This document shows, piece after piece, positions 48,093-57,179 of a stretch of 63,412 nucleotides of DNA (positions are counted from its first letter, which is position 1; each line of letters starts with the position of its first letter). The stretch covers positions 1 through 63,412 of the forward strand of contig CAZXXW010000002.1 in assembly GCA_964644835.1 (NCBI GenBank). Reading direction: 5' to 3'. This stretch comes from an uncultured Anaerolineales bacterium. Lineage in GTDB: Bacteria; Chloroflexota; Anaerolineae; Anaerolineales; UBA11858. The notes under the pieces are model-generated. The model had not been told where the DNA came from. It did not search any database and worked only from the letters and a program-made list of their open reading frames with translations. The position numbers and the translations under genes are program-made.

Positions 48093-48167
48093 TCAATAGC
48101 GAAGGATAGCCACAGACAAATCAGATCAACACAGATTCTGTTTGTTTTTATCAATCGCGGTTTTGGA

Positions 48168-49523
48168 CTACAAGTCGATGTACATGCTGCCGTCGAAGAC
48201 ACCGGTCAGGTCGTAAGGCATGGCGCCGTTGATCCGGATCGGTACCATCTCGCCGGGGGGAATATCGTCTTCGACGATGACCATGCCGTCGATCTCGGGG
48301 GCGTCGCGGTAGCTGCGGCCCAGGGAGAGTCCTTCGCCCTGGCCTTCGATGAGCACATCGAGAGTTTTGCCGATGAAGCGTTGATTTTGCTTCAGCGAAA
48401 TATCTTGTTGCAACGCCATCAGCCGTTCCCAGCGTTCTTGCTTCACTTCCGCAGGGACGGGGTCGCCGAGCGGCTCGCTGGGCGTTCCCTCCTCGAAGGA
48501 AAACTCGAAGGCGCCGACGTGATCGAATTGAATTTTCTCGACGAAATCCAACAGAGTCTCGAAAGCCGCTTCGGTCTCGCCGGGATAGCCAACGATGAAA
48601 GTCGACCGTAGGGCGATGTCGGGGATGGTGGCGCGCAGCTTTTCGATCGTGCGGTAGACCCAATCGATGTTGGCGGGGCGGCGCATCGCTTTCAGGATAT
48701 CGGGGTCGGCGTGCTGCAAGGGAATATCCAGGTAAGGGAGCACCTGCTGCTCGCCAGCGATGACGTCGATGAGTTCATCGGTGACATAGCCAGGATAAGC
48801 GTACATCACCCGAATCCAATCGACGTCGGGCACGGCTTTGGTCATCTTCTTGAGCAATGTAGCCAGCCCGTTCTTGATCCCCAAATCATGGCCGTAATCG
48901 GTGGTGTCTTGGGCGATGAGGATGATCTCGCGGGTTTCCAACTCTTGGAGGGCGCGGGCATCCGCGAGGATGGCATCCATGGGACGGCTGACGGCGGGCC
49001 CTTTGATCAGGGGGATAGCGCAAAAGGCGCAGGGGCGGCGGCATCCGTCGGCGATTTTGAGATACGCGCTGGCACCGATGATGCTGGCGCGCAGCGCCCC
49101 GGCTTCGTTGCGCCCTACGGTGGGGACGTCAGGGAGGTGATAAACCAGCCTGGGATACTCTTCTTCTCGCAGGCGTTCGATCACCTCGAGAATGTCCATC
49201 CAGCGGCGGGTGCCGAGGATGGCATCAACGCCCGGGACCTGCTCCAAGACTTGCTCTCCGTAGCGTTGGGACAAGCACCCTGCTGCAATTAAGATCTGCC
49301 CCTCCCGTTTTTGGTCAGCGAGATCTTCCAAGACTTGATAGGCTTCTTCTTTGGCTGCTTCGATGAATCCACAGGTGTTGACGATGACGATGTCGGCCCG
49401 GTCGGGTGTGTCGACGGGTTCGTAATCGGCACTGATCAACAGTTGTGCCATCGAGTCCGAATCGACGGTGTTTTTGGCACATCCCAAAGAGACGAGCGAA
49501 AAGGTGCCTTGTTTCCGGTTCAT
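48168..49523 (-). CDS. rimO: ribosomal protein S12 methylthiotransferase
   Basis: FSLVSLGCAKNTVDSD.., CRRPCAFCAIPLIKG radical-SAM cluster, TRAM end. Confidence 0.93.
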   Translation of the reverse strand: MNRKQGTFSLVSLGCAKNTVDSDSMAQLLISADYEPVDTPDRADIVIVNTCGFIEAAKEEAYQVLEDLADQKREGQILIAAGCLSQRYGEQVLEQVPGVDAILGTRRWMDILEVIERLREEEYPRLVYHLPDVPTVGRNEAGALRASIIGASAYLKIADGCRRPCAFCAIPLIKGPAVSRPMDAILADARALQELETREIILIAQDTTDYGHDLGIKNGLATLLKKMTKAVPDVDWIRVMYAYPGYVTDELIDVIAGEQQVLPYLDIPLQHADPDILKAMRRPANIDWVYRTIEKLRATIPDIALRSTFIVGYPGETEAAFETLLDFVEKIQFDHVGAFEFSFEEGTPSEPLGDPVPAEVKQERWERLMALQQDISLKQNQRFIGKTLDVLIEGQGEGLSLGRSYRDAPEIDGMVIVEDDIPPGEMVPIRINGAMPYDLTGVFDGSMYIDL

Positions 49524-49984
49524 GATTCGGGCTCAAGTTGGAGAGGTTGGGAGGGAGTTATCTTCGACGGGATCATCAGCAAGAAACCAACCGCAATGAC
49601 CGCTTCTCCAAAAACGACACCGGTGGCCTGGATAGGGCCGAAGTAGGGAATCCGGGGGAACGTTTGGGTGCCGAAACCGAAGACGTCGGCCATGCCGGAG
49701 ACAACGGCGATAACATAGCCTGTGGCGACCAAGCGGAGGCCAATATCGGCGCTGATCGTCCGTTCTCGCTCTGCCCACTGAATTGAGAAACCAATATAAC
49801 CGCCGATGCAAATGATTGCCAGGCCGAGCAGAAAAACGGAGATTTGGACAAAGCCAACCACCGGGCTGCGATCAAGGCGAAACCATTCCGGTTCCGCTCC
49901 AAGCAGAAAGATGAATAAACCAAGCAGGACAATGCCAATACTAAGGCGAGAACGCTTGCGTCCATTAATCGGTTGTTTGAGCAT
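49520..49984 (-). CDS. hypothetical membrane protein
   Basis: The ATG at 49984 overlaps the dipeptidase stop (TAATG), and its stop overlaps the rimO ATG (ATGA). Four hydrophobic helices. Confidence 0.6.
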   Translation of the reverse strand: MLKQPINGRKRSRLSIGIVLLGLFIFLLGAEPEWFRLDRSPVVGFVQISVFLLGLAIICIGGYIGFSIQWAERERTISADIGLRLVATGYVIAVVSGMADVFGFGTQTFPRIPYFGPIQATGVVFGEAVIAVGFLLMIPSKITPSQPLQLEPES

Positions 49985-51075
49985 TAAAGGGTTGATCCTT
50001 TCGGTAATCTGTTTTCTAAAAATCGAATCCAATTGCGTCCCAAAATGGCGGCGATGTTTTCCTCCGAATAGCCTTTTGGAGCCAACAAGGGCGCTATTTT
50101 ACCTAAATCGGCGACGGTGTCGATGCCAGCGGGCGTTTTTTGCAAGCCAAAGCCGCCGTCGAAATCGCTGCCGATGCCAACATGGTTGGCGTCTCCGGCT
50201 ATTTGGCAAATATAATCAATTTGAGCGGCGACGTAGTCCAGGGGGACTCGTTCGCGCCCGTGGCTTTCTCGCCAGCCGGGAAGTAGAAAGCGATTATAAG
50301 GGATGATACCGATGATGCCATCTCGCTCCAAGAGTCCTTCGATGACCCGGTCAGAGAGGAAACGATTGCTGTCCATGTCTTTGAGCAAGGCGGCCGCGTT
50401 GGCATGGGAGGCGATGATCGCGCCGGGGTACATGTCCAGGGCGGGCAGAACGGCCTGCTCATCCATGTGGCTGATGTCCAGGGTCAGGCCAATGTTGGCC
50501 ATCGCTTCGAGCAACTCATATCCTTCCGAGGTCAGCGGCCCCGGTTCGCCCGTCCCGCCGCAAAAGCGGGTCCCGGCCCAGGCCGGGCCGATGATGCGGA
50601 CGCCGCGCTGCCACCATTCCTCCAATGCTGCCGGGGAGCGGACGCCTTCGGCCCCCTCCATGAGCACAACCAACCCCACCGGGGGTGTGGCCGTCTCTTC
50701 TTGCCAGGCGGACAAATGTTCCTCCAGGTCGGTCTGGGTGCGGAGCAAGCGGAATTTGTCCGGGTTCTCGTCGACGAGGCGATGGTAAGCATCCAACTGA
50801 GCTCGGTAGAGCGATTCCGCTTCGGACGCGTCGGCGTAGGCTTGTGTATCCCAATCTCCCTGTTTAGTACGCAGGGGGGCGGAAAATAATGTTGAGAAAA
50901 TGATCGCCACCCGGCCGCGCTGGTAATCGGGCCAACCGAGGAGCGTATCGCCGTTTTTACGAACAGCGATACTGCCCCGTTCCCGGCGGCGGGTTTCGGC
51001 CGCGGCAAGAGTATAATCGCGGCCAAAGGTGAGCATATTCCAGGCTAAATCTTGGTGTGCGTCTACGATGATCAT
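49984..51075 (-). CDS. M19-family (renal-type) dipeptidase
   Basis: MIIVDAHQDLAWNM..LDISHMDE..ASHANA..GSDFDG. Confidence 0.85.
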   Translation of the reverse strand: MIIVDAHQDLAWNMLTFGRDYTLAAAETRRRERGSIAVRKNGDTLLGWPDYQRGRVAIIFSTLFSAPLRTKQGDWDTQAYADASEAESLYRAQLDAYHRLVDENPDKFRLLRTQTDLEEHLSAWQEETATPPVGLVVLMEGAEGVRSPAALEEWWQRGVRIIGPAWAGTRFCGGTGEPGPLTSEGYELLEAMANIGLTLDISHMDEQAVLPALDMYPGAIIASHANAAALLKDMDSNRFLSDRVIEGLLERDGIIGIIPYNRFLLPGWRESHGRERVPLDYVAAQIDYICQIAGDANHVGIGSDFDGGFGLQKTPAGIDTVADLGKIAPLLAPKGYSEENIAAILGRNWIRFLENRLPKGSTL

Positions 51076-51231
51076 TGTCTAGCGCATCCTTGTCTTGTTG
51101 GGTACATCGTTAACGAAGAGAGTCGCAGAGAAAAAATAAATAACTCCGCGTCTCTGCATCTTTCCGACTCTGCGTTGAAAAATTTTGAGCTACGATGAAA
51201 GAATCTTGTCTCAGCTGAAAAATGTTTTGCA

Positions 51232-52302
51232 TTAAGAAGTTTTATTGGTCAGGGCGTTGGCAATTTGGCGATCGAGCTTGCCCATCGGAAAAACATCAAA
51301 CTCTCCGGGCGAGACCCAGCGCAAATCGGCGTGTTCGAGCTGCCGGAGCTCTCCCTGGATCTGGTTGCAATGAAAGGCGTGGAGCGTCACCCGAAAATGG
51401 GTATAAGTGTGCCGATAAACACCGAGGGAATCACCAACCTCGACATCGACGCCGAGCTCTTCACAGATTTCACGTTGCAGACAGGCGTGCAGGTCTTCAT
51501 CCGGCTCGACCTTCCCGCCGGGAAATTCCCACATGCCGCCGAGCAGGCCGTCTTGAGGTCGTTGGGCGATCAGGACGTGGCCATTACGATGGATCACAGC
51601 GGCGGTGACGGTGTGGTGAGGGATTGGCGGCTTCGCTTTCTTGACCGGAAGCTGGTTCTGAATCCCCAGCGCCCGCGCCCGGCAGATGTCAGCCAAGGGA
51701 CAACATTGGCAAGCGGGATCGTTGGGCGTGCAAACTGTGGCACCCAAATCCATCATCGCCTGGTTGTAGTCCCCGGCGCGGCCCGTGGGGAGATACTCCT
51801 CCGCCAGAGCCCAAAGAATCCGCTTGCCCTGGCCGGATGAGACCACATCGCTAACATGAAAGACCCGCGCCAACACCCGGCGGATGTTCCCATCCAGGGC
51901 AGCTTCGTCCAGGTTGAAGGCAATCGAGGCGACGGCCGCGGCAGTATAGCGGCCAATGCCAGGCAGGTCGCGCAGCTTGTCCACATCGGCGGGAAGCTCG
52001 CCCCCATACTCTGTAACCACAATTTGAGCGGCGTGGTGAAGCCTGCGGGCGCGGCTGTAATAGCCCAACCCCTCCCAGAGATTCAAGACTTCTTGCTGGG
52101 TCGCAGCAGCCAACGCATCCACACTGGGGAAGCGATCCATCCATCGTTCGAAGTAGGGGATCACGGTCTCGACGCGGGTCTGCTGAAGCATCACCTCAGA
52201 AACCCATACCGCGTAGGGATCCGCATGACCACGCCAGGGTAACTCGCGGCCATTTTGGGCGTACCAAGAGAGCAATTTATCTGCAAATGAAGTTGTCATC
52301 AA
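51232..52302 (-). CDS. mutY: A/G-specific adenine DNA glycosylase
   Basis: LPWRGHADPYAVWVSEVMLQQTRV, the 4Fe-4S loop CTPNDPACQCCPLADIC, and a C-terminal NUDIX-like domain. Confidence 0.9.
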   Translation of the reverse strand: MMTTSFADKLLSWYAQNGRELPWRGHADPYAVWVSEVMLQQTRVETVIPYFERWMDRFPSVDALAAATQQEVLNLWEGLGYYSRARRLHHAAQIVVTEYGGELPADVDKLRDLPGIGRYTAAAVASIAFNLDEAALDGNIRRVLARVFHVSDVVSSGQGKRILWALAEEYLPTGRAGDYNQAMMDLGATVCTPNDPACQCCPLADICRARALGIQNQLPVKKAKPPIPHHTVTAAVIHRNGHVLIAQRPQDGLLGGMWEFPGGKVEPDEDLHACLQREICEELGVDVEVGDSLGVYRHTYTHFRVTLHAFHCNQIQGELRQLEHADLRWVSPGEFDVFPMGKLDRQIANALTNKTS

Positions 52303-52348
52303 GAGGGGAAAAGAAAGAGAGCCGGGAAACCCAGCCCTCCTGCCGAGA

Positions 52349-52651
52349 TTAGAGCTGGAATCCGGGCCGCGCCCTGACAGCCTTGAATTCTAGGTCTTCT
52401 ACGTAATCCATCAATTCATCGATCAAGGTGTCCCATTCGTGAGAACGCAGGATAGCGCGCAAATCTTCTATCGATTTCGTCTGGGCCACGGTTTGGATAC
52501 GGGGTTGGTCGCCATACACGGTCACCCAAGCTCCGGTTGGTTCCAACCCGAGCTGCTGTATAGCGGGGACGAATTCCCGCACCATGAACTCAAAATAATC
52601 TTGTTCACGTCCGGGAATGATGTCCCATGTCATCAACAGCTTAATCGCCAC
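52349..52651 (-). CDS. hypothetical small cytosolic protein
   Basis: 100 aa with even composition. No recognised motif. Confidence 0.55.
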   Translation of the reverse strand: MAIKLLMTWDIIPGREQDYFEFMVREFVPAIQQLGLEPTGAWVTVYGDQPRIQTVAQTKSIEDLRAILRSHEWDTLIDELMDYVEDLEFKAVRARPGFQL

Positions 52652-52670
52652 AACAAATCATCTCCACAGG

Positions 52671-53339
52671 TTAAGATTGGTAATCCAAGACAACGACTTC
52701 CGTCTCCGTGGGGATTGAAGAGGCGGAGGAATCTAATTCCTCCACGGCTTCAACTTGGCCCAGCCCCATTTCTTTCAAAAACTTGCTCAGCGGGTCGAGT
52801 TTCAACTTTGAGTCCGAGGTACGATAATGCATCGGAATGACGATGCCCGGCTCGAGCATGCTGATCACCTCGGATGCTTTCGCCGCGCTCAACCCCTCGC
52901 CGCCACCGACCGGGACGAGGGCGACATCTACCGCTCCCAAAGCCTCGATCTGAGATTGGCTGGGAACGCGGTGAATGTTTCCTAGGTGGGCGATGGTAAT
53001 CCCATCGTAGTCGAAGACGTACAGTGTGTTGTAAGGCTCGTCTTTTTTGCGCTTCGTTTCGCCATTTGTGCGAATCGCGGTGATGAAAACGCCGCCAATT
53101 TCGTATTCTCCGGGGCCCTTGACGATGCGTTTTTTCCGCTTCACGGCGGAGACATGATTATAAGCAGGTACATCTTGGCTGATGGACACAATGTCGGCGC
53201 GCAGGTCCAACGGCTCGTATCCGACGACTTCGTGATTGTAGGGATCTGTAACTACGGTTGCACAACCTCGCGACGTAAGCCGAAAACAAGCGTGTCCGTA
53301 CCACTGAATTTTCATCGGTTTGTTCTTTTCCTTTTTCAA
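52671..53339 (-). CDS. MBL-fold metal-dependent hydrolase (UPF0173-like)
   Basis: MKIQWYGHACFRL..; start may be at the internal MKIQ. Confidence 0.8.
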   Translation of the reverse strand: MKKEKNKPMKIQWYGHACFRLTSRGCATVVTDPYNHEVVGYEPLDLRADIVSISQDVPAYNHVSAVKRKKRIVKGPGEYEIGGVFITAIRTNGETKRKKDEPYNTLYVFDYDGITIAHLGNIHRVPSQSQIEALGAVDVALVPVGGGEGLSAAKASEVISMLEPGIVIPMHYRTSDSKLKLDPLSKFLKEMGLGQVEAVEELDSSASSIPTETEVVVLDYQS

Positions 53340-53439
53340 TATCGAAGAGCATATTAATGATAACGCTCTTGATTATACTGCATGGAGGATAGATACGTCA
53401 AAAACAATTGGCTACATTTTTTACTCCCTTCGTGATAAG

Positions 53440-54948
53440 ATGCCCTCCATGAAAAACATTCTTCTCGCCATCATCGTGATCAGCCTGGTTTTGCCTGTTG
53501 CCGCATGCAGCGGGGCGCCACAAGCCGAGTCAACGGCTACACCAACGGTATCAACCGACACGCCCGTCCCGAGCGTCCCTGCGTCAGTCACCCCGTCACC
53601 GACACCGCAGCCATCCCCCACCGTGACTCCGACGTCCACGGTCCCGCCGCCATCCAAACCGAGCTACGTCATCTCGGCGCAACTCGATTATGCCTATCGC
53701 CATCTCAGCGTGGAAGAGGCGCTGACGATCCCCAACCCCTCCGACGAGCCGATCCCGGAGCTGGTCCTGGTGGTGCAGCCGAACAATTATCCCGGCGTTT
53801 TCACCTTGAGAGAGATTGTCTGGGGAGATGGCAACTCGGTGGAGGCTTACACCCTCCAGGGGATTCGCTTGCGCATCCCCCTGGATGAACCCCTAGCGCC
53901 GAGGGACGAGCGCACGCTTTCTTTACGCTACGAACTTCAGATGCCCCCTCTGGTTCAATCGGAAGAAGTCGGTCCGACGCCTTTCGGTTACACCACCCGC
54001 CAGATCAATCTAGTTGATTGGTATCCCTTCGTGCCGCCCTACCAGCCAGGCGAGGGCTGGGTGGTCCATAATCCCTGGTATTACGGCGAGCATCTCGTCT
54101 TCCCCGTGGCCGACTTCGACATCGCGTTGACCTTGAAAAACGCACCCAATGGCACCATGGTTGCTGCCAGTTCACTGGATCAAGGTGACGGAGAAACACA
54201 CCGCTATCACCTTGAAAACGGGCGCAATTTCGTCTTCTCGGTCAGCCCATCCTACCACCGCTATGAGCAGCAAGTCGGCGACACGACCGTGCTGGGCTAT
54301 GTCTTCGGGCAGTATCAATCGCCGGGGGTGGCCGCGTTCGACGCCACCGTAGAATCTTTCGAACTCTATTCCGAGCTTTTCGGCCCTTATGAGCAACCCA
54401 GCCTGACGATGGTGCAGGGCGATTTCCTCCACGACATGGAGTACCAGGGCCTTCATTTTCTCAGCCGCGGCTTTTTCAACACCTATGACGACAAGATGGG
54501 CAGCTTCTTGATCACCATCGCCGCTCACGAGACCGCCCATCAATGGTGGTACGGCATCGTCGGAAACAACCAGGCCCTGGAGCCCTGGTTGGATGAAGCC
54601 CTGGCGACCTACAGCGAACGCTTATTCTACGAACATCTCTACCCCGACGCGCTGACCTGGTGGACCGAGCAGCGGGTGCACTTCTACCAACCCAGCGGCT
54701 GGGTGGACAGCGCGCTGCATTACACCGACGGCTATCGGCCCTACCGCGATGCCGTCTACCTGCGCGGGGCACTATTCCTCCACGATTTGCGCGCCGTCAT
54801 TGGCGATGAGGCCTTTTTCGCCTTTCTCAAGGATTATACTGCCACCTACCGCTATCAGCTCGTCGACCGGGAAGATTTTTTCAATACCCTGTCCAAGCAT
54901 TCCCAGGCAGATCTGAACGATCTCTTGGCAATCTATTTTCAGGAATGA
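53440..54948 (+). CDS. lipoprotein M1-family zinc metallopeptidase
   Basis: MKNILLAIIVISLVLPVAAC lipobox, HETAHQWWYG (HEXXH) plus WLDEALATY. The start is ATG 53440 or 53449. Confidence 0.85.
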   Translation: MPSMKNILLAIIVISLVLPVAACSGAPQAESTATPTVSTDTPVPSVPASVTPSPTPQPSPTVTPTSTVPPPSKPSYVISAQLDYAYRHLSVEEALTIPNPSDEPIPELVLVVQPNNYPGVFTLREIVWGDGNSVEAYTLQGIRLRIPLDEPLAPRDERTLSLRYELQMPPLVQSEEVGPTPFGYTTRQINLVDWYPFVPPYQPGEGWVVHNPWYYGEHLVFPVADFDIALTLKNAPNGTMVAASSLDQGDGETHRYHLENGRNFVFSVSPSYHRYEQQVGDTTVLGYVFGQYQSPGVAAFDATVESFELYSELFGPYEQPSLTMVQGDFLHDMEYQGLHFLSRGFFNTYDDKMGSFLITIAAHETAHQWWYGIVGNNQALEPWLDEALATYSERLFYEHLYPDALTWWTEQRVHFYQPSGWVDSALHYTDGYRPYRDAVYLRGALFLHDLRAVIGDEAFFAFLKDYTATYRYQLVDREDFFNTLSKHSQADLNDLLAIYFQE

Positions 54949-55011
54949 GCCCAACAGGTGGTTTAACATTTCGGCGCGGCAACCTGATGTATAATACCGG
55001 CGGAGGTTCAA

Positions 55012-55362
55012 ATGACAAACAACCGATCGAATAAACCGATAAAAACTGATCGCGGTTTCTTCCGCAACTTGGGCAACGAGATCAGATTGGTCTTCAAGCT
55101 GATGGGCGATCCCCGGATCAGCATCTGGTTGAAGGCGCTGCCCTTTGGCTCGTTGGTCTATTTCATCTTCCCCGACTTGCTGCCCGCCAATCCTGTCGAC
55201 GACGCGGTGGTCATCGGCGTTGGCATCTATCTCTTCATCGAGCTTTGCCCGCCGCACATCGTCCAAGAGCACCGCGAAGCCTTGAATGAAACCATTCCAG
55301 GCGAGTGGAAAGATGTAGAGTCCGAGGGGGATATTATTGAGAGCGACTTCAGGGACGAATAA
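55012..55362 (+). CDS. DUF1232 (YkvA-like) membrane protein
   Basis: ALPFGSLVYFIFPDLLPANPVDDAVVIGVGIYLF. Confidence 0.7.
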   Translation: MTNNRSNKPIKTDRGFFRNLGNEIRLVFKLMGDPRISIWLKALPFGSLVYFIFPDLLPANPVDDAVVIGVGIYLFIELCPPHIVQEHREALNETIPGEWKDVESEGDIIESDFRDE

Positions 55363-55376
55363 ATCTGCAAGCAAAG

Positions 55377-56414
55377 ATGATCTCGTTGTTTATGCCTGCC
55401 CGGCGACGAGCAGCCTTGTGGCCGGTCTTGCTGCTGGCGATTCTCGGGGCAGCTTGCCGCTTGGCAGCAGACCCGGATCAGCTATCTCCCACCGCGACCG
55501 CTCCCGTCCTTGCGACCACGCCCACAGCGGAGCCCCCTTTCCCAACGGTGGAGGCGTCATCAACGCCGACCCTCATCGAGGTTGTCCCATCATCCACGCC
55601 CACACCAACGCCATCGCCGCAACCCACCGCCCTGCGGTTCGCCGTCATCGGCGATTACGGCCTGGCCGGAGAACCGGCCGAAGATGTCGCCAATTTGGTC
55701 AAACGTTGGCAACCAGACTTGATCATCACCACCGGAGACAATAATTATCCCGACGGCGCGGCCGAGACGATCGATCTCAACGTCGGTCAGTACTATCACG
55801 AGTACATCGCTCCCTACCACGGCGATTACGGCGCAGGGGCCGAGATCAACCGCTTCTTCCCCACCCTGGGCAACCACGATTGGAACACCAACCAGGCCCA
55901 ACCCTATCTCGATTATTTCGAACTGCCCGGCAACGAACGTTATTACGATTTCACCTGGGGGCCGGTGCATTTTTTCGCCCTGAGCAGCGACTCCCGCGAA
56001 CCGGATGGCGTGGGTAAATCATCCGCCCAGGCAGATTGGCTCCAAACGGCTTTGGGCGAATCGACAAGTCCGTGGCAGATTGTTTACGGCCATCATCCGC
56101 CCTACTCATCCGGGCCACACGGCTCGATCGATTGGATGCAGTGGCCGTTTCAAGCCTGGGGCGCGGACGTTCTCTTCTGCGGCCATAACCACATCTACGA
56201 ACGATTGATCGTCGACGGTTTTCCAATTTTCATCAACGGGGTAGGCGGCGGGCCGATTTATGCCCTTGACGAAATTCACCAGGCGAGCGAGGTTCGATAT
56301 AATCAAAATCACGGCGCTATGCTGGTCGAAGCAAGCGAAACGAAGATCGAATTCCAATTCATCACCCGCACCGGAGACGTTATCGATTCGTACATACTTA
56401 CAAACACAGAATGA
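55377..56414 (+). CDS. secreted calcineurin-like metallophosphoesterase
   Basis: Signal peptide; VIGDYG, TTGDNNY, LGNHDW, GHHPPYSSGPHG, CGHNHIYER. Confidence 0.85.
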   Translation: MISLFMPARRRAALWPVLLLAILGAACRLAADPDQLSPTATAPVLATTPTAEPPFPTVEASSTPTLIEVVPSSTPTPTPSPQPTALRFAVIGDYGLAGEPAEDVANLVKRWQPDLIITTGDNNYPDGAAETIDLNVGQYYHEYIAPYHGDYGAGAEINRFFPTLGNHDWNTNQAQPYLDYFELPGNERYYDFTWGPVHFFALSSDSREPDGVGKSSAQADWLQTALGESTSPWQIVYGHHPPYSSGPHGSIDWMQWPFQAWGADVLFCGHNHIYERLIVDGFPIFINGVGGGPIYALDEIHQASEVRYNQNHGAMLVEASETKIEFQFITRTGDVIDSYILTNTE

Positions 56415-56421
56415 GGTTTCA

Positions 56422-56856
56422 ATGAAAAAAGAATATATTCAAAAACGACGCGCCGAGAAGCGACGCAAACAACGCCTGACCTGGATCGGCATCGCCGCAG
56501 TGATCTTGCTCATCGTCGGCGGAATTCTTCTGGGGACGAGATCATCAGGCTTACCCGCGGTGATCTCGATTTCACAGGCTTATCAGGCCTATCAGGATGG
56601 CGCCTTGGTTCTGGATGTACGCACGCAAGAAGAATGGGATGTGCTCCGCATCCCCGAGACAACGCTGATTCCTCTGGAGCAACTTCCCGATCGCGTGGAA
56701 GAACTCCCCAAGAACCAAGAGATCGTCGTGATCTGTCGATCGGGAAATCGAAGCCAGGTGGGGCGCGATATTCTATTGGAAGCCGGCTTCAAAAAGGTCA
56801 CCAGCGTGAATGGCGGGGTCAACGCTTGGGCCACGGCAGGGTATCCGGTTGAGTGA
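56422..56856 (+). CDS. membrane-anchored rhodanese-domain sulfurtransferase
   Basis: ATG at 56422 after GAGG; TM anchor; LDVRTQEEW..IVVICRSGNRS active-site loop. Confidence 0.85.
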   Translation: MKKEYIQKRRAEKRRKQRLTWIGIAAVILLIVGGILLGTRSSGLPAVISISQAYQAYQDGALVLDVRTQEEWDVLRIPETTLIPLEQLPDRVEELPKNQEIVVICRSGNRSQVGRDILLEAGFKKVTSVNGGVNAWATAGYPVE

Positions 56857-57016
56857 AAATCGGTTCCGCCCGGAAACAGAGCAGGTCTTGTTCACCTGCT
56901 ATGCGCCCGCGGGCATCCCCGCCGATAAGGTTTGGGATCACCTGCACAACCTTGAAGCCAAGGTGAAACTGATTTCCCCCGAAGCCAAAGTTGAACACAT
57001 AGAAGTCACAGTTTAG
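56810..57016 (+). CDS. hypothetical small protein (start uncertain, possibly TTG 56849)
   Basis: The open frame overlaps the rhodanese 3' end; third-position composition looks coding. No family recognised. Confidence 0.3.
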   Translation: MAGSTLGPRQGIRLSENRFRPETEQVLFTCYAPAGIPADKVWDHLHNLEAKVKLISPEAKVEHIEVTV

Positions 57017-57052
57017 CATCTCGCCTGATAGGTCTTTTCAACGCTTTTATTT

Positions 57053-57146
57053 CATCTAGCTCACCACAAAGTCGCCAAGGACACAAAGGATACCCTTTGT
57101 GTTCACAAAAAAGTTCTTTGTGAGCTTTGTGACCGTGTGGTGAATA
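57053..57146. repeat. REP/MITE-like element, family 2 (long copy)
   Basis: TCACCACAAAGTC / GACCGTGTGGTGA termini. Internal hairpins ACACAAAGG-atac-CCTTTGTGT and TCACAAA-aaagttc-TTTGTGA. Flanked by TTTTATTT on both sides. Confidence 0.5.
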
Positions 57147-57179
57147 TTTTATTTGGCGCTATCAATAGGAGTATTCCCC

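Noticed and set aside
51100-51180. Possible degraded family-1 repeat (CGCAGAG..CTCCGCGTCTCTGC..CTCTGCG) between the dipeptidase gene and mutY.
   Set aside because: Only short word matches are present. No clear termini or flanking duplication, and the region is too weak to call as a feature.
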